Shown here in pieces: positions 37,680 to 50,025 of a DNA stretch of 64,000 bases. The notes under the pieces were generated by a model. That model made no database searches and had not been told where the DNA came from. It saw only the letters and a program-made list of their open reading frames with translations. Each line of letters opens with the position of its first letter. Within the stretch, counting starts at the first letter, position 1. Position numbers and translations under genes: made by a program. Source of the DNA: Somniosus microcephalus (Eukaryota); the NCBI GenBank assembly GCA_052327205.1, contig CM126224.1:28706001-28770000 (forward strand). The letters run 5' to 3'.

Positions 37680-38538
37680 AATATTTTCCATTCTAATTAA
37701 CTTGATCACCTCTATAATTCTGCTTGTATAATGTCCACTATCTTGTTTTATATATACACTGTCAGATCTCCCATGGCCTTGCTCAAGATGATTTATGCTA
37801 TGTAATTCAATAAGTCAAACTGTTTTTATTGCAGATCCCTCTCCCGTGGCATTACACACTGGGTGTTGAGACCAAGTATAGACTTCAGGTGAAGTAGGGT
37901 TGGAGAGCAGTGGATAATTAGACCAGGCCTCTCGGATGCAATTCAGTCAGCCTTTTAAAGTTGTGCGCCCTTTCCTGATTGTTATGTAAGATGTAGATTT
38001 TATCTTTTTTTAAAGGTAATTAGCAAAATGCACAGCAATTTAGTGAAGAAGGATTGAGTTGGTTGCAGCTTAGAGATTCTCTGTGGTACAGGCCGAGGAG
38101 TTGGAAAATGTCAAACTGAGGCACGACAGTGCCAGCACTGGTGGGAGGGTGTAACTACTATGCAAAACATCGGTAGTTTATAAATATGGACGCAGAAATT
38201 TATAATGGAAAAAGGTAATGGGTACCTTTTTAAGATTTGTAATATATAGACAGATATACACGTGTTAGTGATTTTTTTGGGCTATAATATGATTATATGC
38301 ATATTGGTGTGGAAATTGTGTTCTTAAATACTATTAAAAGTGAGTTCAAATCTGCAGTTAATTTTATTTCTTGCCTTTATTTTAAAGCGCAAGTTATGGA
38401 GGAAGATTTTGCTGGTAGGGGCAGGTGGGAGCAATGGGAAGGGGATTTGCAAGAACTGGGTGTAGTAGTGGGAGGTTTTGTGACGCTGGTGTTGGGAGAG
38501 TGGTCCTGGGAATTCAGAGCAGGGGTCTGAAAATGCAA

Positions 38539-38808
38539 GAAAGAAAGAAACATGCCTTTCACGACCTCAGGACGTCCCAAAGTGCTTTACAGCGAAAGAA
38601 GCACTTTTGAAATGGAGTCACTGTTGCAATATAGAGACAATTTGCACACAGCAAGGTCTCATAAACAGCAATACGATAATTACCAGATGATGTGTTTTAG
38701 TGATGTTGGTTGAGGGGTAAGTATTGGTCCGGACACCGGGACAATCTTACTTGCTGCTCTTTGAAATAGCGCCATGAGGTCTTTCACATCCACCTGAGAG
38801 AGCAGACG
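38539..38808 (-). mobile_element. DeuSINE (SacSINE1-like) fragment
   Basis: Reverse complement of the core and tail of 2078-2520. Confidence 0.75.
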
Positions 38809-41800
38809 TGTGCGAGCATTGGGGGTTGCACAGGAGGGAGATGGAAAAGATACAAGGGAGTCTAGTTCTGATAGTGGAAGGGGTTGGTGGGGTGGAAGTA
38901 AGAGACTTCTTAAAAGGTTTTTCAGAGTAGTAACTAGGGGAAATAATATTTATATTATTTAAAATATAGCTGAGCATTTATTTTAATTCCATACAGGTTA
39001 ACTCTAGTCACTGTCAGGAAAATGCTTTAAAATAATCTGCCGGCCCACCGAAATAAACCTCAAGCCAACCTTGAGCGCAGCTTTTGGTGCAGAGGTCACA
39101 GTGGGAGAGTGGCATTGATTTCATAAAAGGGCTTGCCCAGTAACTGCTGAGCAATAAGATGGGGTTCTCCACTGCTCAGCAAAAATCACAAAGTTGAGTA
39201 GATAATCGACAGGGGGGCGAGGCAGGCAGCATAGAATTTCCATGATGGGTGTCACAATGCCACCTACTTTGGAGACTGTGCTGGGACAGCTGAGGTAAGT
39301 AAGCAACAGTGCCTTCTACCTTGAAGGCCACCTTGGCAAGCTGAATCAGAGGTAAATGATTGGTGTGATGGAAATAGCTTGAGAGAAGTAGATGTGACAA
39401 GGAAGTGTTACAGAAGTAATTGTTACTTTAGAAGCGCATGCATGAGCAAGATTTATTATGTGAGAGCGGTGAGTTTTGTATGAAGAAACGCAGAGAACGA
39501 ATGCAAGAAACATAGTGCATCAGGCACAATGGGGAAGATAAAGATAGATACAAGGGGACCTGAAAAAGAAAGTAAGTCAAATTCGATTTTAATCAGCAGC
39601 ATGTTTTAAAATGCCTGCACTTCACCTTTCTCGGCCTGCTTAATGTTGAAGTAGGTTTCCAGCTGGTTAGTGTAACAACTGGCTTTGTAGGTGGCAAGTG
39701 CTCAGCTCTGTGGCACAGTTTAATGGTAAGAGTTTTAACTAAATTGCTGGTAAGTAGAGCATGTACTGGTTATATGAGCAGCTGTTACATTTGGAAACAT
39801 TCTTCGCTTGTAGGCAGGTTGAGCAAAGCAGCACATGCCACCTTAAAACATATCACGTTTAATTGGAGTTTCCTAGTGTCATGCCCATACCATTATAAAG
39901 CAGCGTATCTTCTGACATACCCAAAGCAATGCCATGGAAGAATCACCAATAGTATTATAAAAATGGCATATCTGCACTCTTTCCAAAGCACACTTGACAA
40001 AGGGCAATTATATGCACATTTTTTTGAGCTGATTGGCTCATATTCTAATTTTTCCCACTTCATTGCTTTGCAAATTTATTAATTCTGATTTGACCATGTG
40101 TAACTTATTTTTAGTAAAGAGAAGGCAAGGCAATCAAATCAGTTGATACTTTTGGAATTTTTTTGGTCCACCATTTTTCCCCTCAGCCTGCTGACAGAAG
40201 TTTCTATCCTAGTGAAAACATGAAAAAATACACACATCATGAATAAGGTTACCAGTAACATTGTCTTTTATGCCTTTTTAGTGCCTTCAGTAACTTTTTA
40301 CTTTTTCTGCGTTATCGGTGTGTCAGCTGAAGAGATTTACTAATTACACTTGCACCGTTAATTCTGGGGATGGTTGTAATCGGAGTGTCTATATTGCGAG
40401 GAATTTCCAGCGTACATCAGTATGATGCTTTCTGTACAGCTGAAGTGTAATCTTTGCTCATGCTGTAAACAGGGTTTCTGAGTTCCTCCCACCCACCCCC
40501 CCCGCCACACATGATTTGCAAACGAGCTGGAGGGCGAATTTTAAAAGCTTTTTGAGGTAAAGTTTCAGATGTTTCGGAGCTCTGGGGGGGTGTTGTTTGG
40601 ATGAGTATGTGTTGAAAGAACCTGTCGCCTTCCAAGCTGCTGGTTGGATCCAGTTAAGTCGTGGCAGATCCAGTTACATGTCTCCCTTGATGTCCTGCAG
40701 AACGCAACAACATCAACTTCCTGAGCCACATTGCAATCGCTGAGCGTTAATTGGTGAAGCCATGTTTCTCAAAAGGTGGCTTGATCACACAGCATTAGTT
40801 ACCCGAGCCACACTTTTGAGGGGTCTGGGTTTGAATCGCTGGCTATTAAGCCAATCAAACTACTACTTTTGTGAGTTGGCCTGTACGTAGGTATAATATC
40901 AGCCTCCTCGCCACACGTTATTAGAAGCTGGACATTGAAAGGATGTTACCTGCATAGTATAGGTTGTAATATCTTAATTAACGTTTCCCTTAGCAACTGC
41001 AGCTAAATAACCAATCTTTATGTAACCAGCAAATGTTTTGTTCTTTGAAAATTTCAAAGCAGCTTGAGTGTCGAATCAGTTTTTTCTCCTCTGTTATAAG
41101 AAATTGATAATAGCTTTAATGTAAAACTTGAGTTCAAAAATTCTTAATTTGTGTCGTTTCATATAATTTGGAAAAACTTTGCAGCTTATTTCTGGCACAC
41201 TCTGAATGATCAGTTATGAGAATTTTCCTCAGATGAAAGTACTAAAATTAACGGTTTATGTTAGGTTTTTATAGAAAAAACAATAATTATTTCATGCTTT
41301 TGCACTATACTGCAAGGGGGTGGGCCTTACAAGCAGCAGGTGCTGGCACACATACTCTCTCTGTCAAGTAAAACGAAGCACTTGATAACAGTTGGAATGT
41401 GAAACTTTACTTGAATAAAGCTGCTGAAATTCATTCTCCAGCTGTTTTTCAAATAATTTAGAAAAAGAAAGGAACCCAATTCCTGTTGCACTGTAGGGAA
41501 GAGTATTCAAGTTGCACATTGAAAGCGTTATCCTGATGTATGCTGGGAGATTTTGTGCATTCTCACGCTGTAGCATCCAGTGAATTACCGACAGAGCTTT
41601 GAGGAAAAAAAAATACCAGCCGAGAGTCTGAGCTTTTAAGCAAGACTGAAGCCTCGATGTGAAAACTTTAAGGGTATTAACAGATACAAAAGAAAATTCT
41701 CTGGGTAACTTTAATCTTTCTGAAATATGTAATTTTTAATGTTTTAATAGTTTGTAACCTTATTTTCGACAATAGAAATTTCAGCTACTATAGAAAAATT

Positions 41801-42740
41801 GATGAAGGGATTCAATTTCTTCTTGAGTGGCTAAGCTTCTTCTGGCTAGGCTTCCCCTTTCTAACAAATTAATGAGTTCATCCCAATTAATAAATGTGCA
41901 TATTAGTCAATTGGCATATAAATTTGCATTGAGCTCAAATAAATAATTTAACTGCAAGAATTTGAATATCAGCCAATTTGCACTGCAAGACTGAGTAGTT
42001 TGAATACAAGAAATTTGCACATAATGTGTTAGAACAGACTGTTACAGGGAAGTGACACAGGATATGTGTTGTCTCCCGTGGCATTGCTCATGGTGAGTCA
42101 TTTTATAACAATAGGGGTGTTATATCATGTAACATAACGCATAAATATCGGGCCACTGATTTACAATGACTAAATGAGTCAAATTCAGCATTTATTCCTG
42201 TGCATCAGGGGACTTTTACCAGTGGTTTGGGTATAAAATTCCATGATTCTGTCTATTTTCCTGTGAAGACTGTAAATAAGTGGCTCTTATTATTACTAAT
42301 AGTTATTTATCATTTTCCTTTGGCTATTATCTTTTTTCAAGCTCAGGAAAATAGTAGGTAATGTGTAGCAGATTGGGTAAGTGGGAGGATTAGCACATTG
42401 CAATGCATTAAAGAAATTGAGAGATACACGCAAGGGACATTTCTGTTTGATTGAAAAGCTTTCCAGACTTTAGATAATGCCCAGATAGTTTCATAACTGA
42501 GTAGATTCTGTTGCGTTTGTTTAAACAATTGAAGTAATTGCTGATCGGTTACAAAGTTCTTTCTGATTGTTTACATGGAGCTGCCATGCTAAGTGGTACT
42601 TGAAGATTACTTTTTTTTTACTGATTTCTGTTTTCCACTGGAGATCAATTTGTGAAGCGCTGTATACATTTATTATATAGAGAGTAACAGCTGCCTGAAT
42701 ATGTCAAAGAAATGCATTTGGTTCACACTGTGAACATAAT

Positions 42741-43516
42741 GGCCCAGAAATTTGGGTCTCCACGGGTGAGTACGCACGGGGTACTCATCCGTAAGCCCAA
42801 TGGAAGTGCCGGTTTCCTGCATGCACTGCGCATGCGCGGGAAACCGGCACTTCCGTTCCCCTGAAAGCAGGGGTTCAGAGGTGGATCGCGTGCGCGGGGG
42901 AGGCTGCGCGCGCGCATTGAACTTCGTTTTTTTTTTAACAGGTTTTCCCGGGAAGGTAAGTCTGCAGAAGTTAGAAATGTAAAAAGCAGGCGTAAGGCCT
43001 GCTTTTTACAAGGTAAGTGGTGAATTAAGTAAAATTAAAACATTTTTTCCACAGGTTTATTATTTTTAAATACTTTAAAGCAAGGTAAGTTTATTTTTAG
43101 CCCTGTTAGAAAATAAAATTATTTTTTTCAAAAATTTAAATTATTGTTTAAAATAGTTATTTCATGTAATTTATAGTTTATTTAAAAAATGTGATGCTTT
43201 TTAAAAATTTATTTGAAGATTTAATGATTTTTGTAAGAAGAAGGGGCCCGTAGTATTTCTAAGTTTGACAGCACTTCCTGTCAGACTTATGAATGGAGCA
43301 TTCCTTGCTCCGATTGGCTCTCCATGGCCCACGTGATCCCAGGGGACGCATCGAACTAACTGCGCCCCTGGGATACGCAAGCACTGCGTGCCGGCAGTTG
43401 GAGCAGGCCCAGGATCGGAATTCCACGCGGGCCCACAGCTCAACGGCCGGCGCGCAAGGTAAGTGCGGGTCGGGGGCTTGCACCCGCGGGAAGCCCCCAA
43501 CCCGAATTTCTGGGCC
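42741..43516. mobile_element. Harbinger-like MITE
   Basis: Perfect TIR GGCCCAGAAATT / AATTTCTGGGCC; homologous to 36926-37679 in opposite orientation. Confidence 0.8.
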
Positions 43517-43870
43517 ATTCTGATTCACAAGAGTAAGAGCTCTTGCCACAACTCCGCTTTTCTATATTTCAATTAGGAATCTTGTGTGGGTTTTTGTTTG
43601 TGTATTTGATGGGGTTTTCCTATTGGAATTTGGAATTGACCATTATCACTGCCAATATCTTGATATTCCAGCTATTGCCTTTATTGTAAATAAGCTGCTG
43701 CGTTTATCATAGAAGCTCGGATTTTGATAGGACAAGCTTTCTGTACTATGAGGAGTTGACTTTACAAAGTTTGTTTTAAAACTGGTAACAGTCCCTTCAT
43801 CAGACAGTGAATTCCTCCAACTGATGTCCAGAAGCATTTCTGTGTCCTGTGATGTCAATTCAGTAAAGTG

Positions 43871-44223
43871 TCAGTCTGGCTCTGTTGTTAACGCTCCTCG
43901 TTGAGGCAGAAGGTTGTGGGTTCAAGCCTCACTGTGGACTGGAGCATACAATCAAAGCTGACGCTTCATATGTGAGCTTATACTGAGGGTCCTGTCTGCC
44001 TGCTTGGGTGGATGTAAAAAGACAGGAAGTTCACCTGGCTAACACTCCTGCCTCAAATCAACACCAGCACAAGCAAATTGGGTAGTCATTTATTCATTTA
44101 CTGTTTATGGGACGTATAATAAACACCAGTGACTGCACTTTAAAAGTAACCCATTGAATGTAAAGTGCATTGGGAAGTCCTGAAGATGTGAAAGGTGCTG
44201 TATAAATGCAAGTTTCATTCTTT
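43871..44223 (+). mobile_element. Degenerate DeuSINE (SacSINE1-like)
   Basis: GGTTGTGGGTTCAAGCC head and GTGAAAGGTGCTGTATAAATGCAAG tail, as in 2078-2520. Confidence 0.7.
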
Positions 44224-46559
44224 CCTCAGAATCCTTCTCCAAACTTCAGTTGAATTTCTTCAGCATTAGTTGCTCAAAATATCCATATTGTTAAATCATC
44301 ATAATGGTATAAACTGGGGGCGGAGGTGTGGCGGTGTGGGAGAGAGAGAGAGAGTGGGCGGTGGAGTTATGGATGGAGACTGCATACGCCATTTCTCCAT
44401 CTATAATGCACGTCATTCTTCATTTTGTTCAGGCGGGTGGTGGGGCCTCTTGCCCGCTATCTTCAGCTGGCAGGCAAGCCACTGCGACTTCCTGCTCGGG
44501 CTGCTGAGTAAAAATAGCAGTCGGGTCCCGATGACATCATCAGGACTTGACATACGTATGTAAAAAAAAAAAAGGACGCCACCAGTCGTTGCCATCAGTT
44601 GAGCAGGTTAAAATCTGGAACGGTTAGCTCCCGGTGGCTCCAGGGTGGGTAACTGACCTGACCGATTTTTAACTGCACCCACCCGGTTTCTGCAGGGCAG
44701 GTTGGTCAAAATCACTTCCCATGTGTTTAATTCATATCAGTGATAGATGTGATGTCTCACCTAGAAAGATATTTGACATAGCGCTAAACTGTCATAACTG
44801 TATCTGATATATTAAAATGTCAGGCTTCACTGAAGTTGGATACATAAAAAATGTGTTTATAACATGTACCACAAAAATGTATTGCCTGCTGCGTATGTGC
44901 TGGACAGAAATTAAGCTACATTTAATTTTTTGCAGTTCAGTGTTCTTACTAATATTAGAAATTATACTTCACTTTATTTTGGTTTTAGAGATACTACATT
45001 ATTAAGCTTGCTGCTTAATTATTGTAATCAGCTCAGGATTGGTTGCCAAGACCAAGATTGGTTTGCAGAAGGTTAATTCATTAATTAGCCTTCTGCAAGC
45101 GCTAAGTGCATCGAGCACTAGCAGAGCACTGGAAATATTTCAGTTTAATGGTATAGAAGAAACTATATTTTGGTCATGCAAAGGAACCTGTATCATTTCC
45201 AGTTCAGACAGAGCCAGTTTCAAAAATAGACAGTTCACATAATCAAAACCTTGCTAACAAAACAATTTTACTAAAAGAGTTCAGACATTGTATTGCACAT
45301 GCTCACCAAACAGAGGTGTTAAATCTACCTTGTGATTTTAATGGTTTCTTTAGCTTCTGGTTGTAGTGGTCTGGTGCGCCATAGAATGGTAAAATGCAAG
45401 TGTGCAGCCATCATTTCCCACACACTTAAGTTCCTGATCTTGGCTTTGCTCTCAGAATGTGGAGGCCAAGTCACCTTGGGACACTATTATATACCTTCTC
45501 AAGCCCAACTAAAGAGTTGCATTGCCAGAGTGCTTGGGAACAGGTTGATTGCCCGATCTTTCTGCCGAGGAATGCTATGGGAAGACTCACTGAAGAAATA
45601 ACAAAATGAACCCAAAATGTGAAAAAAAAGATAGACCTTTGTGCCCAAGAATGATGGTGTATTCGGTGAAGTCGTAAACTGGACTTTACTGTACTTAGAA
45701 GGAAAGCAAAGTGCTGTAACATAGATTTTTCTTAGTTTTATCATCGATCTTAGTTTTTTTACCTTTTAAATTTCAGGTGAGAACTGGTGTTCTCAGGTTC
45801 TTACTTTAAAGGCTAAAACTTTGGTTTAATACAGCTTTAAGCACATCTATTGTACATACTAATGTGTGTTTGCAATGCAGTGCACCCTAAGCAGCACCTC
45901 ACTGCTGCTTAGTTCTAGTGCCAGTAGAACTTGTTAACGTTTACATCAGTATTTTTAGTATTTTCATTTACATTTTATTTGGTATTGAGGTAACCAATTC
46001 CCGCTTACTACTGGAGGCAGTCACAGGTCATATATTGCAAAATGTATATTGATTAGCAGTCTAGTCACAGCTCATGTATTACATAATGCTCGTTGTTTGG
46101 CAGAGCAAAATGTTTTTATAATTTTGTGAGATGTATTATCCAGGAAAGTATTACAAGGGCTGCCAGCCAATTTCTGACTGAAGGGTGGTGAGAGCTGGTT
46201 CAGATCTGGATTATCAGTTTAATGAACTGACTTATAGGCCTTGACCAAATTGTAACAATTAAACTGCATTTCAGGTTGAAATTTTGTTATGGTTGTGTAC
46301 ATTTCAAAATTTGTAATTTTTATAGTGCTTGTTGGATTTCTAAATTATAAATTTAACTTGAATTTGACACATCAATCATTAGAATAGATATGTTGCAAGT
46401 TTGAAGCTGTATTTTTCTGCTGATGCTGTATTTGATTTGTATTTTAATACTGCACTCTAATGTTGCTAAAATTGACACAACCACTTTTACCCTTGATGTT
46501 TTCTCCCTCATTTAAACTTGTGCCAGAAGTAAAGTTGACTGTTTTGTATTTATTTTCAG

Positions 46560-46629
46560 CTATTTACCTTGGTTTGAAGTTTTCTACAAGCTTCTGAACA
46601 TCTTAGCAGAGTACACTGCCAAAGGACAG
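46560..46629 (+). CDS. DENND1A: DENND1A coding exon, 70 bp
   Basis: tattttcag|C TAT...CAG|gtactg; encodes YLPWFEVFYKLLNILAEYTAKGQ; phase joins the 12279 exon. Confidence 0.95.
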
Positions 46630-47234
46630 GTACTGTTGTTCTTCAATATTTCAATATAAGGTGCCATAATTAAAAGGCAGTACCTGAGATATTTCAATCT
46701 TGTTATTCAAATAAATTTCTAGCTAAAAAGAACATTTGAAAAGTATTATTTTCATTTGTCTTTTAAAAATGCACAAGTTTAAAATGATAATTCAACAGGG
46801 AAGAGGTTTATCAAACCACAAAATCCATTTTTGGTTATTTTGAACAGTATAAATTAATTCAAAACTTTAGTGTGGTAATTATGTAATGGTTTGGAGCTTG
46901 GTTTATCTTTTTTCATTTTATTGATTTAGGATTTTAATAAGCTGGTGTAAGATTAAATTCAGGAAACACTAAACTATTTTTCTCTCAGGCCCCTGTGAAT
47001 GCTGTCTGTAGTACACTACAGCACATTGCTTTAAAATGCAATCTTGTGCCAACTTTTTTCTGACACTTTCCTGATAACTGGTAGCTAAACTATTTAACTT
47101 GGTGATATTGGATAGGTTTTGCCCTGTAGTTCACTCATCTAGAAATGTCACTTATCAAACTATATAGACATGCACATCTTTTAAAAAGAAATGGTCTTCC
47201 GAAGATATATTTTTGTGTCTGTGGAATGTTTCAG

Positions 47235-47315
47235 GACTGTCAGTGGAAGGAATTACTGGAAACGTTATATAACCTTCCTCTTCCAGAACCAGGCTCAACT
47301 GTTCACTTAAGTGTG
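47235..47315 (+). CDS. DENND1A: DENND1A coding exon, 81 bp
   Basis: tttcag|GAC...GTG|gtaagt; encodes DCQWKELLETLYNLPLPEPGSTVHLSV. Confidence 0.93.
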
Positions 47316-47353
47316 GTAAGTGGAATGTACTGCTGTACACTTAATTCTGCACA

Positions 47354-47663
47354 GGGGGGCACGGTGGCATAGTGGTTAGCACTGTTGCCTCACAGCGCCA
47401 GGGACCCGGGTTCAAATCTGGCCTCGGGCGACTGTCTGTGTGGAGTTTGCACATTCTCCCTGTGTCTGCGTGGGTTTCCTCCGGGTGCTCCGGTTTCCTC
47501 CCACAGTCCAAAGATGTGCAGGTTAGGTTGATTTGGCTATGATAAATTGACCCTTAGTGTTAGGGGATTAAATACGTGGGGTTACGGGGATAAGGTGGGA
47601 TATGTGTCGGTGCAGGCTCGATGGGCCGAAATGGCCTCTATCTGCACTGTAGATTCTGTGATT
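47354..47663 (+). mobile_element. Full-length HE1 (V-SINE)
   Basis: tRNA head GGCACGGTGGCATAGTGGTTAGC...GGTTCAAATC, V-domain TGTGTGGAGTTTGCAC...GGGTGCTCCGGTTTCCTCCCAC, CR1-derived tail. Confidence 0.9.
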
Positions 47664-48577
47664 TATATATAATAGAGATACAGTGGGAAAATTCTGTAAC
47701 TCTGTTGTGTTTGGGTTTTAATTATCTGTGTCTATCTAAAGGATGTATTCACACGCCACCTTCAGCATCGCAGAGAACTGGTTTGCACTTCACCATGCCA
47801 CTTAGGATGGTGCACAAACAGAAGCAATGTCTGATTGAATCCATTTGCAAACCCCCAGCACTTGAGGGTATGAGGGTGGAGCTGCAGTTTGTAGATGCAG
47901 TGTGAATGCTGTCTTTCGCAGTTTGAGATCCAAGGAGCAGAGCAGGGCATGGCTGGAACTTTGAAAACAGAAGAGGGCAAAAGTGGAAGTGCATTGAAAA
48001 TTAGACTGTGTTCTCTTTACCCCCCGCCCCTGTCTATGATTTCAGTAAGAAGAATTCACTATCACCCTGTCTTGTTTCTGTTATTTGAAGTGTGTCAAAT
48101 TGGTTATTCCTCTTGAAGATAATCAAAAAAGTCATGTTAATTACACTACTCTTACATTTACCAAACTGTCCTGTGTACACTCATTATGATCTCATAAACC
48201 ACTAACATCAACTTTCTTGCTGGTCTGTGAATGCGTGGTAAGTTTATAAAGTTCAAATTGATTTAAAAAAAAAGTAACTTTTAGTAATTAGTTAAGAATT
48301 TCTATTCTTTTGGAACGCTACATTATTTCAATTGACCTTACTCTCTGCATAGATAGGTTACAAGTGCAGTCTTTATCTATATACTCTATTACATATTAAG
48401 CATCTTGTATGTAGCACGCACTTCCTGTTTGCGTCAAATTTCTTGTCATGCATTAGTCATCATACTTTAGCGTATTCTCTGACTGAACGTGAGCAAAATC
48501 ATGGGAGACCTGCTAGTAAATTTTAAAAAAATTATCTGTGCGCATGCAGACATTTTATTGTCCCATTGGAACCATGT

Positions 48578-50025
48578 TACATAAGAACATAAGAAATAGG
48601 AGCAGGAGTAGGCCAATCGGCCCCTCAAGCCTGCTCCGCCATTCAATAAGATCATGGCTGATCTGATCCTAACCGCCAATCTACTATCACTGAACCATCT
48701 CCTGAATCTAACAGAATTAGACACACGAAATAGGAGCAGGATCAGGCTACACGGCCCCTGGGCCCGCTCCGCTACCCACAGGGCCATGACCGATCCGAAC
48801 CTAGACTCATGTCCAAATTCCTGCCCGTTCCCCGTAACCCTTTATTCCCTTTACTTCTCGGAAACTGTCTATTTCTGTTTTAAATTTATGTAATGATGTA
48901 GCTTCCACAGCTTTTTGGGGCAGCATATTCCATGGACCTACCACCCTCTGAGTGAAGTAGTTCCTCCTCATCTCAGTTTTGAAAGAGCAGCCCCTTATTC
49001 TAAGACTATGCCCCCTAGTTCTAGTTTCACCCATCATCGGGAACACCCTCCCCGCATCCACCCGATCCAACCCCTTCACAATCTTATATGTTTCAATAAG
49101 ATCGCCTCTCATTCTTCTGAACTCCAATGAGTAGAGTCCCAATCTACTCAACCTCTCCTCATATGTCCACCCCCTCATCCCCGGGATTAACCGAGTGAAC
49201 CTTCTTTGTACTGACTCGAGAGCAAGTATGTCCTTTCTTAAGTATGGACACCAAAACTGTACGCAGTATTCCAGGTGCGGTCTCACCAATACCTTGTACA
49301 ACTGAAGCAATACCTCCCTATTTTTATATTCTATCCCCCTAGCAATGAAAGCCAACATTCCATTGGCCTTCTTAATCACTTGCTGCTGCATACTAACCTT
49401 TTGAGTTTCGTGCACCAGGACCCCCAGATCCCTTTGTACTTCAGTACTTTCCAGTTTCTTGCCATTAAGATAATAACTTGCTCTACGATTTTTCCTGCCA
49501 AAGTGCATAACCTCACACTTTCCAGTATTGTATTCCATCTGCCAAATCTCTGCCCACTTACTTAGCCTGTCGATGTCCCCTTGCAGGTTTTTTATGTCCT
49601 CCTCACTCACTACTTTCCCTCCCATCTTAGTATCATCTGCAAACTTTGATATGTTACACTCGGTCCCCTCCTCCAAATCGTTAATATAGATTGTAAAGAG
49701 TTGGGGACCCAGCACCGACCCCTGCTGAACACCACTAGTTACTGATTGCCAGTCTGAGAATGAACCATTTATCCCAACTCTCTGCTTTGTTAGATAGCCA
49801 ATCCTCTATCCATGCCAGAACATTACCCCCAATCCCGTGATTTTTTATCTTAAGCAATAATCTTTTGTGTGGCACCTTGTCAAATGCCTTTTGGAAGTCT
49901 AAATACACTACGTCCACTGGTTCCCCTTTATCCACCCTATATGTTACTTCCTCAAAGAACTCTAGCAAATTTGTCAAACATGACTTCCCCTTCATAAAAC
50001 CATGCTGACTTTGTCCTATTAAATG
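48578..50025 (-). mobile_element. 5'-truncated young CR1 LINE; RT ORF remnant (302 aa open at 48807-49715)
   Basis: LDFQKAFDKVPH, LGPQLFTIYINDL, KFADDTK, RPHLEYCVQFW motifs; ACATAAGA-type tail. Confidence 0.95.

Noticed and set aside
47354-47430. tRNA gene
   Set aside because: tRNA-derived head of an HE1 SINE, continuous with the V-domain and tail
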